A stretch of 64,000 nt of DNA from contig OZ199839.1 in NCBI GenBank assembly GCA_964304625.1, forward strand, positions 7,835,166-7,899,165, written 5' to 3'. Numbering within the stretch: the first letter of the stretch is position 1; every line of letters begins with the position of its first letter. Source of the stretch: Kudoa neothunni. Its lineage: Eukaryota; Animalia; Cnidaria. Below the pieces are notes generated by a model. It worked only from the letters and a program-made list of their open reading frames with translations. It made no database searches and was not told the origin of the DNA. This document shows, piece after piece, positions 27,096 through 39,992 of this stretch. Made by a program: the position numbers and the translations under genes.

Positions 27096-29377
27096 ATGAA
27101 GAGCATCACCTATTCAATAGGAATAATATTTATTTTTATTTGTGAATTCTTTTATTGTTACGATATTTTTTAATAGACTATAGCGAAGTCAACTCTGCAA
27201 ACTGATGAAGGATCTTCACCATCACCTCAACCTCCAGCTGCTTCAACAAACTCTCTCACCTATAAAGTTGTGGAGCACGAGAGTAATATGAAAGTTCAAT
27301 TAAAATTTACTGGCAGTGCTTATTCGGATTCTAAACATTGTTATATTAAAAAATCAAACGTGGTTGGTGAAGCCTACGAAGAAATTAATTCATGTACTGG
27401 AGATGGCCGTACGAATCAAAATGGCAAATGTGTGATGGCGTGCACTGGAGATCAAAATAAACTTAGTTTCGATATATTTTCTCCAAGGACTAAATATATT
27501 GCAGTTTTTGTAGCTGCTAGTTCCACAGAAGCCGCTGCAAAAACTACGGATGGAACAGTTTTTGGATTTGAAATACGTAATTTTCCTATATTAGAATATT
27601 CATATAAATTTTTTTAGCTTTATTGGTTAATCCAAAAGTGGCTATAAGCACTACGCACAATCAAAAATTGAAACTGTGTGCGAAAACTTGGATGGGTGCC
27701 GCATGCCCCATTTATTACAAGGATGTTAGATACGCCGAAGGAATTATTCTAAGTGATTGTACTTCAGATGATCATGATAATGAAGTCGAATTTGATTTGA
27801 TGATTCCTCATTATGAAATGAAATGCTTGGGTTATCCGAGTTTCTTTTATAAGCTTCAAAATAAATATACTTTAATGGAGACTGACGTTTACGTACCACA
27901 ATATTATGTGAAATATAATAATAAAGAGAAAACCAAATACCTACTTAAATTTACAAATAAATTTCCTTTCGAAATTTGTCGATTTGGTATAAAAGAGGAA
28001 TCAGCTACGATTACAGCTGAAGTTAAAAAAGATTATGCTTCAAATTGTGGAGGAAGTGGTAAAGATTGCTATGCACCGTGCGATAATGTTGAGCTCACAT
28101 TAACAAAATCAATAAGAGTGGTTCAAGTCTTGATACAATCCAGACATTTTAAATTAGAAAAAACCGGATCTACTTATGATGGATATACACAGAAAAAATT
28201 TGGTACTTATTATGCATTGAGATTCCAAAAATATTAGCTATTTAGTTGTCACTGAAACTAATTCTGGTCAACCCGAAGCTAAACTAATATCAGCTCATAC
28301 AGCTGCTAGCGTTACGTTAGATGTACGTCTGTTTAAACCAACTGATAATCCAAGGTTTTTGTCATGCACAGTAAAGTATTATGCTGCCAATAAGCCTAGG
28401 CCCGATACTGTCCATGAAAGAGCGAACTGTGACTCAGGAAATCAAAACTGCGTTGAAACGTGTGCTGAAACATTAACAATAACCCGACTCGATGGGGGAA
28501 AACCCTATATTCTTGAGATATCAGCTGCAGCGGTTCCAGGAGAACGCAATATTATTCCAGCACGTTTTAAAGAGCATATATTTTTCCGAACAAGTGAACT
28601 AACAAAATTCAAATTAATTGTAAATTAATATCTAGATAATGCTGGTACATCAATATTCTCCAATGTAAACGCCACAATGCGTGAGACAAGTCTATCTATC
28701 AAAGCAATTTCTGGCGATGAAGAGATTACTAGAAATGATATCACATGTGCCTACTACCTTAGTCCTCGAGGGAAGGATAGATATGTTTGTGCAATGTGCG
28801 TAAATAGTTATCCATGCAGAGGATATTGCAAAGAATTTCAAAATATTGTGGGTTTAATTCCAGGAACCGAATATGATCTCAAGATTGTTGCACATAAAGA
28901 TTATGGTTCCATAGTTCATCCAATAAGAACAGGTATCAAATATATTAATAATCAAGTAATAATTATATTTTCAGCAATTCTAACACTTGCACTTGAACAA
29001 GAATTTTTGGACAAGGGCTTCAAAGTAATGGGCACTTTGTCTACACCATATTCGGAAGCTATTTGTCATTATAAAGTAAAAGTAAAGAAAGGCGAATCTT
29101 TCGATATGGTTTATGAATGCCCAGTGTCATCTCCATCAGATAGCATCGGAAATCCCTCTGTCAAATCAACACCCCTCAGAAGCGGAGTAGCCAGATCAGC
29201 CGGTCAACAATCAACAAATGTAACACCATCAACTAAAACTACAGTCTCATCATGTCAATCTCCACCATTGTGCAGCAGTATTATATTTAGTGAAGGATAT
29301 GAAGCAGACAAAGAGTATCAAGTTTTAGTGACTGCTATAGGGAGGTCGGATGAAACCCCAATAAATATACCTAAAAG

Positions 29378-29414
<37 letters not shown>

Positions 29415-30138
29415 CAAGACTTTACAGTTTAAAATTTATTGCGTAAATTTATTAATAAATAAAGGAAGCTAGAATTATAAAAATATTTATTGAATTTATC
29501 ATTTGAATGTTTTTAGAACCCTTGCCTACACCACCTGAGGACCCTAACATGGTGATAACGATAGTGATTACACGTGATGATAAGATCCTGAATATTCAAA
29601 CGACATTGCCTCCGGGGGTTGACCAAAATTCTTTATGCAAATGGAAATTGACGAATTCGGAAGATCCATCAAATCCAATTGTACAAAAATGTATGGTAGT
29701 TGGTGAAGGTTGCAATGTGTTTCCTACCTGCAAGGAATTCACCATTTCCGATGTCGAAGATACAAACAACTATCACTTAGTCGTATATTATAGTGAGGAT
29801 GAACGTATCTCTGGAACTGGGGAAATTAACAGAGGTAAACAATGTCATTTCTTTCAGCATTTTGATTTGTTATAATAGGTGAAATTTCGAACAAATCCAC
29901 GTAAAGTTTAATTTTTAAAATCTCTTTCTAAATCTGTTTAGATCAAAAAGCACAATGTATTTTAATAATACAAGTGGTGGTTACGGTTTTAATTTTTCTA
30001 TTTAGAATTGTTTATGTTATCGTTCCATTAGCTATAGCCGTTATTGGAATAGGATTCTATTTCGGTTACTGGAAGAATAAAAGTTAGATATATTTTGATA
30101 AGAAAATTACTTAGCGTGGCTACAATCCTTTTCTTAGA
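27096..30138 (+). CDS. Type I membrane protein with signal peptide, about 7 Cys-containing FN3-like domains, one TM helix and a very short tail (~840 aa)
   Basis: Exon 1 encodes MKSITYSIGIIFIFI (signal peptide). ORFs 27270, 27623, 28359, 28677 and 29507 join through GT-AG introns. FN3 tyrosine-corner motifs include GLIPGTEYDLKIVA, LDGGKPYILEISA and YEADKEYQVLVTA. Microexons 29879-29900 and 29942-29956 lead in frame to TM IVYVIVPLAIAVIGIGFYFGYWKNK (30007-30081). The last exon is ambiguous: stop at 30087 if unspliced, ~30137 if spliced. Confidence 0.85.
29381..29412. repeat. (TA)n microsatellite in an intron
   Basis: About 16 uninterrupted AT dinucleotides just after the donor GT at 29377. Confidence 0.95.
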
Positions 30139-31899
30139 TTTGAATAATTACAATAATATGACCTTATTTTAACTATCATCTATTTATTAAATAAATGTAT
30201 TTTTTATGAAACTCTCTAATTAAACAAACTTTCCTTGACTTCTTAAATAACTAAATTTAATTTATATTAATATCAAATATTTTGAACGATATTAAAAAAA
30301 ATAAAAAAGTTTAGAATTATTAATATAACATTACATAGATAAAATTGATATTCAATGTTAATAATTGTTTAGATTAAGCGTCGAATACCAAATATTTACT
30401 TGTTTATTTTAAGTTATTTTATATTTATGTGAAATTCTGTCTGTAGTAACTTGTTCGTGATCACTTTCGTAAAAATTTTTAATTACTCTTAATATCATTA
30501 AATTTGATATTTATACGAATTCATAAAAAGGAAAGCAAATTCTAAAATTCTGTTTTATTCTCAGAAATACTAATTATAGGTGACTTTTATCCGTATTAAA
30601 GTGATTGGAGTTAATAAAAAAATATTAATAATACATAACTAGAACATTTGATTTTTATTTTTTTATTTGGGGACAAAGTATCAGGATTCGAATGATTATT
30701 TTGTATTATTGTATCGCAATACGATCTCAGTCTTACGACAAAATATTGATCGAAAAATATTTCTCCAATTAAATATGAAAATATTAAAGTTGTATTATAA
30801 TATTTACTATTAGTAATAATTATTAATATTAATTATTGATTTGAGCATGATGCGACTTTTCAACAATTAAATAAAGATGGACTTCAAAGAATAATTTTAT
30901 TGATATTTTTGTGATTTTACGATAATTAGACTATTGAAAAGTTGGATTCGATGTTTAATTTGTCAGAATTCAATAAATATAACGCTGTGATTATTTCTAG
31001 GCATATTTCAGAGTTTATGTTAAAATTACAGAATAGACGAAATAATTGTTTAGCTTTATAATTTTTAGGACTTTTTCAATATTACTGTCTTTTAAAAATA
31101 TTATCAGAATCTATTTTTTATCAGTTTGACTTATATATCAATAACAAAAACTATTAGACATAATTTTTCAATTATACAAATTTCCCCTTAAATTATTTAA
31201 GCTACTAAGAATACTAAGAATGGCGAAATTTCCTCAATTTATTTATATTTATCTTCTTCAAATAAGAATATTTGTGGGTTAAAGCTAATCCGAGGGCATA
31301 TCTGCGAGCACACAATGATTTATTATTATACATTAGTCGATCATTTGGTTGACTATGCTATTGAAAATTTTGCTGTAAGATTAAAAATTATAATTAATCT
31401 ATACATATATTCACCTAAAAAATTGATTTTATATTAAATTGATGGATGTTGATTTTTTTTTAATTTAATTAAAAATTTCCTAAAGATAAAGTTAATGGAA
31501 ATAAGCAAAAATGCGTCATTTAACTCTTTAGATATAAGTATATACGAATAATCTGTGAATTTTATATTGAAAAATAGGATTCAACATTACAAAAATAAAA
31601 ATGATGATAAGACTTAAACCTTACCCCTACTGCCTGCCAAAAAATTAAGTGTGTGCTCGCTCGAGTTATTTGTCGTACCCCACGAAAAATTTACCTTAAT
31701 GAGTTTTAAATTCCCTAAAACTCCAAATAAATTAAATAAACATATAAAAGTGTTCAATAAAGTTCAAATTAATTAGATTTTCCAGTTTCCTTAATGTAGA
31801 GAACGAGAATATTGGATTGGATTCGGTAAATGGGTCCCTAAGCCCGATGCGGTTAAAATACAGATAAAATTAAATCTACATGGAGTTTGTAAAAGAAAG

Positions 31900-33000
31900 T
31901 TTTCGTCATATAACGAATAAATCCCCGCGAGACGTATACCTTCATATTATTAGGAGATATATTAATAGAAAATTTAATAATAACGTGCTAAAAAATTTGT
32001 TAAATCAAACTGGAGTCATGTAAACCGTTTAAAGATCTTGATTTGTTGTTGCAACCACGCGCATCGTGCATAAACCCCCGCAGACATTAGCTATTAGCAC
32101 CTTTGAAATGGTTGACCTTAATATGGACACAACCATTTACGATTATGCCATTATGAGGATCTTATTTGATATTTTATATTCTGCCTTTAAATCTTTTTTT
32201 GGAGATAGTGACTGAAATGTCGACATTTTTTATCTACATAGAATAACTTTTTTTCCATTAAGAAATTTCATCCCATTATCGTCAATTTTATGTACACACA
32301 ACCGAACACTTTCGTTCTTAATTTTGTATATCTTCGTTTGTGTACTTCTCTATATTAATTATATAAAAATAAGGATGATACAATTCATTATTACTGAATG
32401 AGACATTGTGAATTAGACTTTGTACGGAAAATTTTCAGCCTAACTTTCATTTTCCTAGCTTTTAAATTGTGGTGAAAAATTATTGTTAACACAGATTCTT
32501 TTATGCTTTTCGTGTATTAATTGATAAAAAAACATTGTTTTTTTTGCAGTTCCAACATCTCCACTGTAATATCTTCCCGGTTATTTGCTCGTTTCCCATG
32601 AAGAATGCATTCATCAGTTTTTATAAGATTACCTTCTTTGTCATATTTATCACTTTCTTCAATGTTTGATAGGCAGATGACGCGAATTTTGTTGAAACAT
32701 TTGAACGGCATAAAATTGTCATTTAAATAATTTCCGCAACAACTTCATTCATCGACCAATAATAAATTAATCAAAATTATTGGTGTTTAGATGTCTGGGT
32801 CACTTTCTAATACTAGAAGACGAAGAAAAGATTCAATTTTGGTTTTAAAGTCATTTTCACACTTAGAGAAGTCATAAAAGATATTATATAATAAATGTAT
32901 ACTTTCTGCGTAAACATTTGAGAGTGTTGCGTTTTTATTATACTTTTTGAATGCGTATAGACTCCAATGATCAATTCATAACAGCCCCCGAAAAACTAAT
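31900..33000 (-). mobile_element. Merlin/ISXO2-like (IS1595 family) transposase relic, copy 1
   Basis: IKTDECILHGKRANNR in ORF 32517-32711 matches VEIDECLLHGKRKSNRGR of the element at 44 kb. GCVHIKVNHF at ~32105-32137 matches HxTVNH. Boundaries approximate. Confidence 0.7.
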
Positions 33001-33599
33001 TTATTTTTGTATGACACAAGTCAATATCTCCTAGGTTTATTTTAATGAAGCACAATGAATAATTGTTGGAGTGATTTAAAGTACATGCGTTGAAATATGC
33101 AGAAAGTAGAGATGTGTTAAATGTTTTATAAACAAATGATGACCATCTTTATGCTTTAACTCGCTCGAATTGAAATTGGTCAGTATTCAGAAATTACTTT
33201 CATTGATTCATTCTGTGTTATTTTTATGCTTTATTGTAATAAATAGTTGTGGAATTATTTGAGGTTAAAACCTGTGGGAAAGTAGTTTTCCAGCTGTAGC
33301 AGGATTCTCCATGATGAAAAAATTAATCTGTTGTCTCATAGGGTTTGGTAAGCCGCAATTAATGATATCTTATGAGAAGTAAAGCGTGTTTTAAACTTGT
33401 AACAATTTACTAGGTTTATACAAAGTGGTAAACGAAATAAAATCGAGCCGATTAGGGTGATATTATTTGTTTCAAACTAGAAAAACAGACGTATGACAAG
33501 ACGAAAAACGGATGCGTGTAACGAGGTCTTTTGTTATTCAATCTATGAACTACGCATCTTGTTGTTCATAATAATCGTTATCGACAAAACTCCTCTAAA

Positions 33600-34450
33600 A
33601 TGGTTTTACGAAAAGTCAATTTCCGGGAGGTATATTTGAGCGAGGACGTTTTGAGGTTTTACGGTTGGTTGCCAAATTTTTTGATTGCCGATCTCTATAA
33701 GATAATGTGACTCTTGAATATTTCAACAGTTTCCACAATTCTTCATGTTAATTTTGAGCCTTCATCTTTTACAATGACAATAACATTAACCTTTGATGCT
33801 CTACCGTTGTTCTTGTTAATATCAAGAACATCATTATATTTCTCATTTATGATAAATAGATGTTCTCGTTTCCATTGATTATTAAATATAGATAATAACT
33901 TGCAATATCATATATCTACTATCAACTATATACATAAAGCTGAAGTGTCCATGTGTGTCAAAATTTTCTTAAAATCACAATGTTTCAAAAAATTTTTAAA
34001 TCGGTTTCACACCACTAAATGTCCCAAAAAATGTTTAAAAAATGATGATTTTGTCGATTCAAAGTTTGTTAAACGGATTACTTGAGTTCAACACTAAGAT
34101 TAACACCTGTTATGTCATGGTAATGATCGGTTGAAGTTAACTTTCCTCCTTATATACCCTATCAAATGTAAATTTAGTGATAGCATCTGACTTTTTTATA
34201 TAATGCTGACCTGCTCCTTTTGGTGTTTGCGCTAATATACTCTCTATGTCGGGAGTTTTACGTATATTTGACTTGATAAACACATTTTGAAGGTTCTACT
34301 AATGGTTTTGGACATGATAAAAAATCTATATATGTTTCATGTATATCGAATTAGTGAAGAACGTTAGAATTACATTGATTAAAGCAGTATAATGGAAATA
34401 CTTTGTTTGTAGGTTCCATTGAAATCGTCTGCTAAGTTTAACATTACGTG
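33600..34450 (-). mobile_element. BEL/Pao LTR-retrotransposon integrase / C-terminal domain relic
   Basis: Minus strand reads FNNQWKREHLFIINEKY (cf. FWxRWxxEYLxxLRER), then IVIVKDEG...RSAIKKFG...KRPRSNI (cf. GDIVIVKDE...VRSAxIK...RP). Confidence 0.6.
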
Positions 34451-34859
34451 ATTAAATTCCGTATAGTCAGTGTATTTTTATTCCATTTTATTATTTACAA
34501 TATTTTGGTTTATGTTGATGCGATTTGTGCACGTTTTCGAGAAAGAGCGAATTAAAGTTTATGTCGGGTCAAGGTATAATAATTTGAGTAATAAAAATCA
34601 ATTTTCGTTGACATTCCTCTAGCTCCATATCTTTTTCTATTTATTTGTCTCCCCGAAACCGCGGTGCATAAACTTTCTGAGACGGGAAAAACAAATAACG
34701 TTTCAGATACCACTTTAAGGCAATATAAATAATTTTAGAATGCATACAAATATAACGCGGACCCTAAATTAGTTAAAGTTGGTGCCGGGCCACGAAATCG
34801 TTAGTTGAACGCCGGGGTTTGTATATCCCTGCACTGAAGTGATCAGAATTTAAATTTCA

Positions 34860-35500
34860 AAATCCAAGTCGTTAATTATGATGCTTTAATTCTTGTTGGT
34901 TTTACTGCTTCTATAGGTTAATTTGAAACATTAGTAGATTTTAGGAATGGAATTAAGAAACGTCTCTATGCGAAATCGTTCCCAAGCAACGCTGGGCAAT
35001 TCGCTTTAGTTTTATAAGATTATCTCTCTTTATATCATAGTCGAATGAATCTAATTCATTCTTTCTTTTTAATGTTTTTAAATAATTAGGGTTCTCATTT
35101 AGGTTATAAATTCAGAGATAATTTGGTGTTATTGGTTTTATCATAAAACCAACATCAGTATAAGAGGTCTATTTTTGATAAAACGTTCAGTTTTTGATTA
35201 ACAGAGTTGGTAATCGATAGTTTAACACTTTTTTGTTAATGGACGCCTGAAAGCAATTTTTTAACGTTCCCAATCTATCTTTCATAAACCCCACCCTTCC
35301 AGGGAGCAAAAGAAGGTGTAAACTTCCAAGAAGCTTCATTTTTGATGAGATAATATTTAATAAAGGCACCAGCCAATGAAAAATATGTAGCGTTGCGAAA
35401 GATCGTTTCCGTCGATCGTCCTCTACGGAAAATAAACCTTCTGTGACCAAGAAAAAATTCTTCAGTTGATAAATTGTATATTTTATAATAAAGTTAACCT
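34860..35500 (-). mobile_element. BEL/Pao integrase core relic (second fragment)
   Basis: 35251-35310(-) translates FAPWKGGVYER*IGNVKKLL (cf. APWWGGFYERLIGxVK), followed by TERFIKNRPL (cf. EAxLNSRPL). Confidence 0.75.
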
Positions 35501-36248
35501 TATTGCACAAAACTGGATGTATTACATATAATTTTTCGAGCTATTTGATTAAAAAATTTTAAAAAATATCATAATTTTTTGTTATATTTAAAACTTAATT
35601 TATTCATTGAGAATTATTTATACCGCGTCAAATTTACAAAGAAAATCCTAATCTAATATTAGAATACATCCCGGAAAAATCATTTTTCTTTATTAAATTA
35701 ATATATTGTTAGTTTCTGTGATTCAATGATTTGTGGAAATATGTACTTATTTCGCTAGATTATAATTTTTCGTTATTTTATCTCCTAAAAGTATTACTCC
35801 AATATAAAGGAAGATTATAATTTAAAATAATTTTTTTTGTTTTTATTGAACTTTCTGTATTGCATGTGATGTGTTAATGTTGATTTCTCTACAATAATTG
35901 AATAATATAAATAATTGAATATTAACGAAACCATATTTGTTTGTTATTTGAATAAAAATAATGAAGAAATTAAACATATGTATACGTTTAAGTTTGTTAT
36001 CTATTTAATTAAGCTTCCAGCCACTATCCACATCTAGTAACATTATATCCGTACCTCACCTCAAATAATTGCTGAGTGCTGATTTACACCAGTTACAATT
36101 TATGGCAAGAGAGATTATCACACTGTTACACCCCTAATCGTAAATATTTATAAGATGACGCGTTGGTGAGAAATAGATATTAACGATAATACTGTAACAA
36201 CTGGCAAAAGAACTATTATCAACAAGGATATTTCTTTAGTAATACACG

Positions 36249-38238
36249 ATGGCAGGAAAAAATTTGGATAATATCCAAGACCACGATACACGGGGTAATC
36301 GAGTGTTCTTTATTTAAAATATTGATTTCAATCAAATAAATCCCGAACAACATATAGAATCAGTTGAAGAAATCTCTTCCATAGGTGGTGTAGATCCCAA
36401 GGATGTACTAGTTGGTAAATAATGCACTAACCAACACTCCTGAAATCATTAAAATGCCGTATAGTTAGTACGCTTCCAAATACGCCTCAGGATACTTACG
36501 ATCATCCCGTCGAAGATCATGATACATCAGCCAATGCTGCCGATGAGCACCCTTCCAGTCGCAGAGTCAAGAAAGCATCGATAGGAAAGTTATTCTGGAT
36601 GACATTGTTACTACTCGGTCCATTCCTTATGGGGATAACTATATCCATTGGAGATGATCAATCTGTATGTGTTGTGTCTACTTATGGATTCATTATATCG
36701 ATGCGAATTAATGCTTACCTAATAGATAATAATGTCAGCATTTAATTTAACAGGTTACACCCCTAGAAATTTGTACACGCTTAATTGTGTCTATCCAATA
36801 TGTGGTATACTTGGATCGTTGTTTAGCGCAATGGCATCAAATGTGTGTGGAAGGTTGCTGTTAACGTGATACAATAATTGTGAGATTTTTGTAGACGATA
36901 CACCACACTGTTCTCATCCCAATTGGTTATTATATCGTGTTGTTTGATTTTTATTTCTTATCAAACTTCCCTCACTTTATTATATGTTTCGAGGGGGATC
37001 GATGGATTTGCAGTTAGCTCACTGATTGTTTCATCGACCGTTTGGATGATGGAAGTTGTTCCAGCCCGCAGCTTGAAATTTTACAAAGTGTTTATACAGG
37101 TTTCTATCAACCTGGGTATTCTAACAATTAATGCGATTGATTTTCCTCTGAAAAAACACAAAACCTGGGACTTAATTTGCTTTGTGCCGGTAGCGTTTGG
37201 TATACTGCTATCTGTGGCAACATTTTTTGTTTTTGAAAGTCACAAGTTTATATATGTTCGCACCAAAAACATAGAGCTAACTAGGAATGCGTTGGAAAAT
37301 TTACGAGGGACATCCAATGTTGATTGGGAATTGGAAAGAGTTATTGGCGAGATAGAAAACCAAAAGGATGCCACCAACATTCACATCGAAAAGTTTCTAT
37401 CAAACAAACGCTACGTTGCTTGTGTGGCTAGTTGGTGTATAGTGAGCTTTTTCAAGCATACTTCTGGAATCAATGTGTTCATTGGTTTTACTCGTTATTT
37501 TTTGAGTGATGACGAATCTACTATCCAAGCATATGTGGCTATTATAGTAGGATGTGTTGCATTTTTTAGTTCGGTTTGGTTTGTATGTTTATGTTTTTTT
37601 CAGTTTTTCGGACGATTGAGTGTCACTCATTCATAAATTTATATTTAGTACGGATGGAATGTATACGCTCCTAGAAAAATACAAATCGAATTGTCATTTG
37701 TATTACTAACTGTGGTGTGTGCTGTGACATCGATTGCTTGTGCATGGGATATTTCGTATATTGGCTTGGTAGCATTTACATCTTTATTTATTAGTGCGTT
37801 TCAGCTAGGCATAGGTGTGTGAGATAGCTTAAAATTTTTGTTGTAATTTTATCTTAAATGTTCTATAGGACCAACAACCTGGTATATCTGTCAAGAAATA
37901 TTTCCGTCCAATTATTTGGCCGTGGCACAAGGTTTCTTGGCAATGTTTGGATGGATTGGTGATTCTCTTATCTATTTAATTCTACCGAGTTTATACGTAT
38001 ATTATGTTGCTTACACCCCATTGCGTTAACCTATTCGAGATTTTAGCTTAAGCTTGATACCCGTACGTTCTACGTATTTACAGCAATCAATTTGGTGGCA
38101 GTGATCTTTGTTTCTTTAATTATCGAAGAAACGTTACATAAACCTATTCAAGAAATTCAACAAGCTTACTTACGCCGATGGCAACACGTTTGTTTTGGGC
38201 TAAATATTGGCATCCATGTGACCGATTTTGGTTTCTAA
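36249..38238 (+). CDS. SLC2A/GLUT-like transporter, paralogue 2 (most divergent)
   Basis: The spliced model runs MAGKNLD...LLLGPFLMG...CVYPICGILGS...VCGR|RY...SRGIDG...FESH...KHTSGIN...FQLGIG|PTTW..QEIFP...EETLHK...DFGF*. Core introns sit at positions homologous to the other paralogues. Confidence 0.9.
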
Positions 38239-39113
38239 CCCTAACCTAATTACTGCTGCAATGAGATATGATAGAAGAGTTGGATCGATTCAATATAAAA
38301 TTTATGCTACTTTCCAAATATAAAAGTCATGATTTAAAGAATAATTATGTTTTTATCTGCTACTGTTGTTATCCTATTGAAAAAATAATTTATACTATAT
38401 AATTTAAAGCTTTAAAATCTCGATGTCACTTTTTATACATTTCACAAAAACGTATTGAATTAAAAAATCAAACTTATTACACAATTTACGCACCTATTTT
38501 TCTTATTCTTCACGTAAACCATAATTCATACACTACAACATTCATCTTAATCAGAAAATTAATCATCCAAAAATTATAATGCTATATTAAATAAATGTGT
38601 TTATTATAACATTATTTCACAGCTTAAGAGAATTTTAAAATTAGTTTGTATATTTCTCATTCTATATAATAAAGTGGGTAAGGTATTGTTTTGATCATTT
38701 TTGATATGTTTATTTAAAAATTATAAAATCATTAATAAACTACATATTAATATAGTTTTCTTGAAGGTGTTTTAGTTAATTATAAATAACCTTTTGTGTT
38801 TTTCTCGATTTGCATATATTAGCATATTCTTAGTAAGTTGTTTAAAATCTAAATTAAAATCTAAATTATATGTATTATCATTTAGAAATAAAGAAGAAAA
38901 TTTAAATTATATTAGGTATTTTTTAGAAAAATATAATTAAACAAATACTATTAAATTACAACTACGTATGGGGCAATTAAAATCGAATAAAACTTTTATT
39001 ACTTCGCCAGTTTCTTCTCTTTGTATATAATGCAAAAGTAATAATATAGCTGGGTTTTTAAGAGTTTTTTTGATTAGAAAATAAATTTCAAAAAAGTATA
39101 GAATGAAGAATTA

Positions 39114-39337
39114 CAGTAGTTAACCGATTTTCCGCACTTTCATCGATACCACGTAATCAAAGTTTATATTTTGCTTGAAACGTTTGATAATATTTTTGTG
39201 ATTGGAAAAAGATAAAAGTCTTAAAAATATTATTGAATTAAACTAGGAAATTACCAATCTGTTGTATCACGTGACTAATTTTTAATACGCACTTTTTTAT
39301 GGTCCTGAGGGGATTTCGTATTATCGGTTGTCTACTG
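39114..39337. mobile_element. Tc1/pogo-type MITE
   Basis: TA|CAGTAGTTAACCGAT ... ATCGGTTGTCTACTG|TA: imperfect 15-bp terminal inverted repeats (TIRs) with TA flanks, no ORF. Confidence 0.75.
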
Positions 39338-39759
39338 TATATCGAATAGCTTAAAAATGGATAATTTATACGCATTTATGATTTTGAGGTTTCATCATTC
39401 ATCTAAACTCACAAAAGCAATTTCGCTTGAAAAGATAAAATGTCATTGCTTATCCAACTTATGGCGATTTTTATGGTTTTCTATAAACTGCCAATTCGAA
39501 GCCCGTCAACTTTATTGTTAAGATTGGCTGTGTTGATGTTAATTATCTTCCCGAGTTGAAAATAATTATTAAAAATTTTAAGTAAAATTATTGAATGCTG
39601 CCTAGGTTATTCGCTCCTTTCAACAACAACTTAATGAATTTTCATTGCGAAAACAAGATTGTTTTTATTTCCTCAGGCGAAACTGGTAAGTGACGCTTAA
39701 ATCAGCCTCTAATTAACACAAAAATAGTAGGTTTAATTGTTATGGAACTTTATTAAATA

Positions 39760-39992
39760 CAGTGGAACAGGGCTCGTAAGTAATGAGTCGAGAAATGCAA
39801 TCTTATTATGTAGAATCGCTGCATTACATACGAGTCATATTTTTAATTTATTTTATTTTACGGTAAATGAACGTTTGCTGTTTTTATTTATTCGATAACT
39901 AAGAACATTGTCTTTATCATAATTGGGAATTAGAAAGGTTAAATTTATATTTGTGAAAAAAATGGCGATTATATATGACCCCTGTTGCGCTC
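39760..39992. mobile_element. MITE, internal-deletion relative of the 49229-50628 element
   Basis: The left end TA|CAGTGGAACAGGGCTCGTAAGTAAT, internal GTAGAATCGCTGCATTAC and right end GCGATTATATATGACCCCTGTTGCGC all match the longer copy. Confidence 0.8.

Noticed and set aside
36290-36360. In-frame TAA in transporter paralogue 2 suggesting stop-codon reassignment or a pseudogene
   Set aside because: The TAA (36315-36317) lies inside a phase-consistent GT-AG intron (~36295-36357), and TAA terminates other genes here normally.
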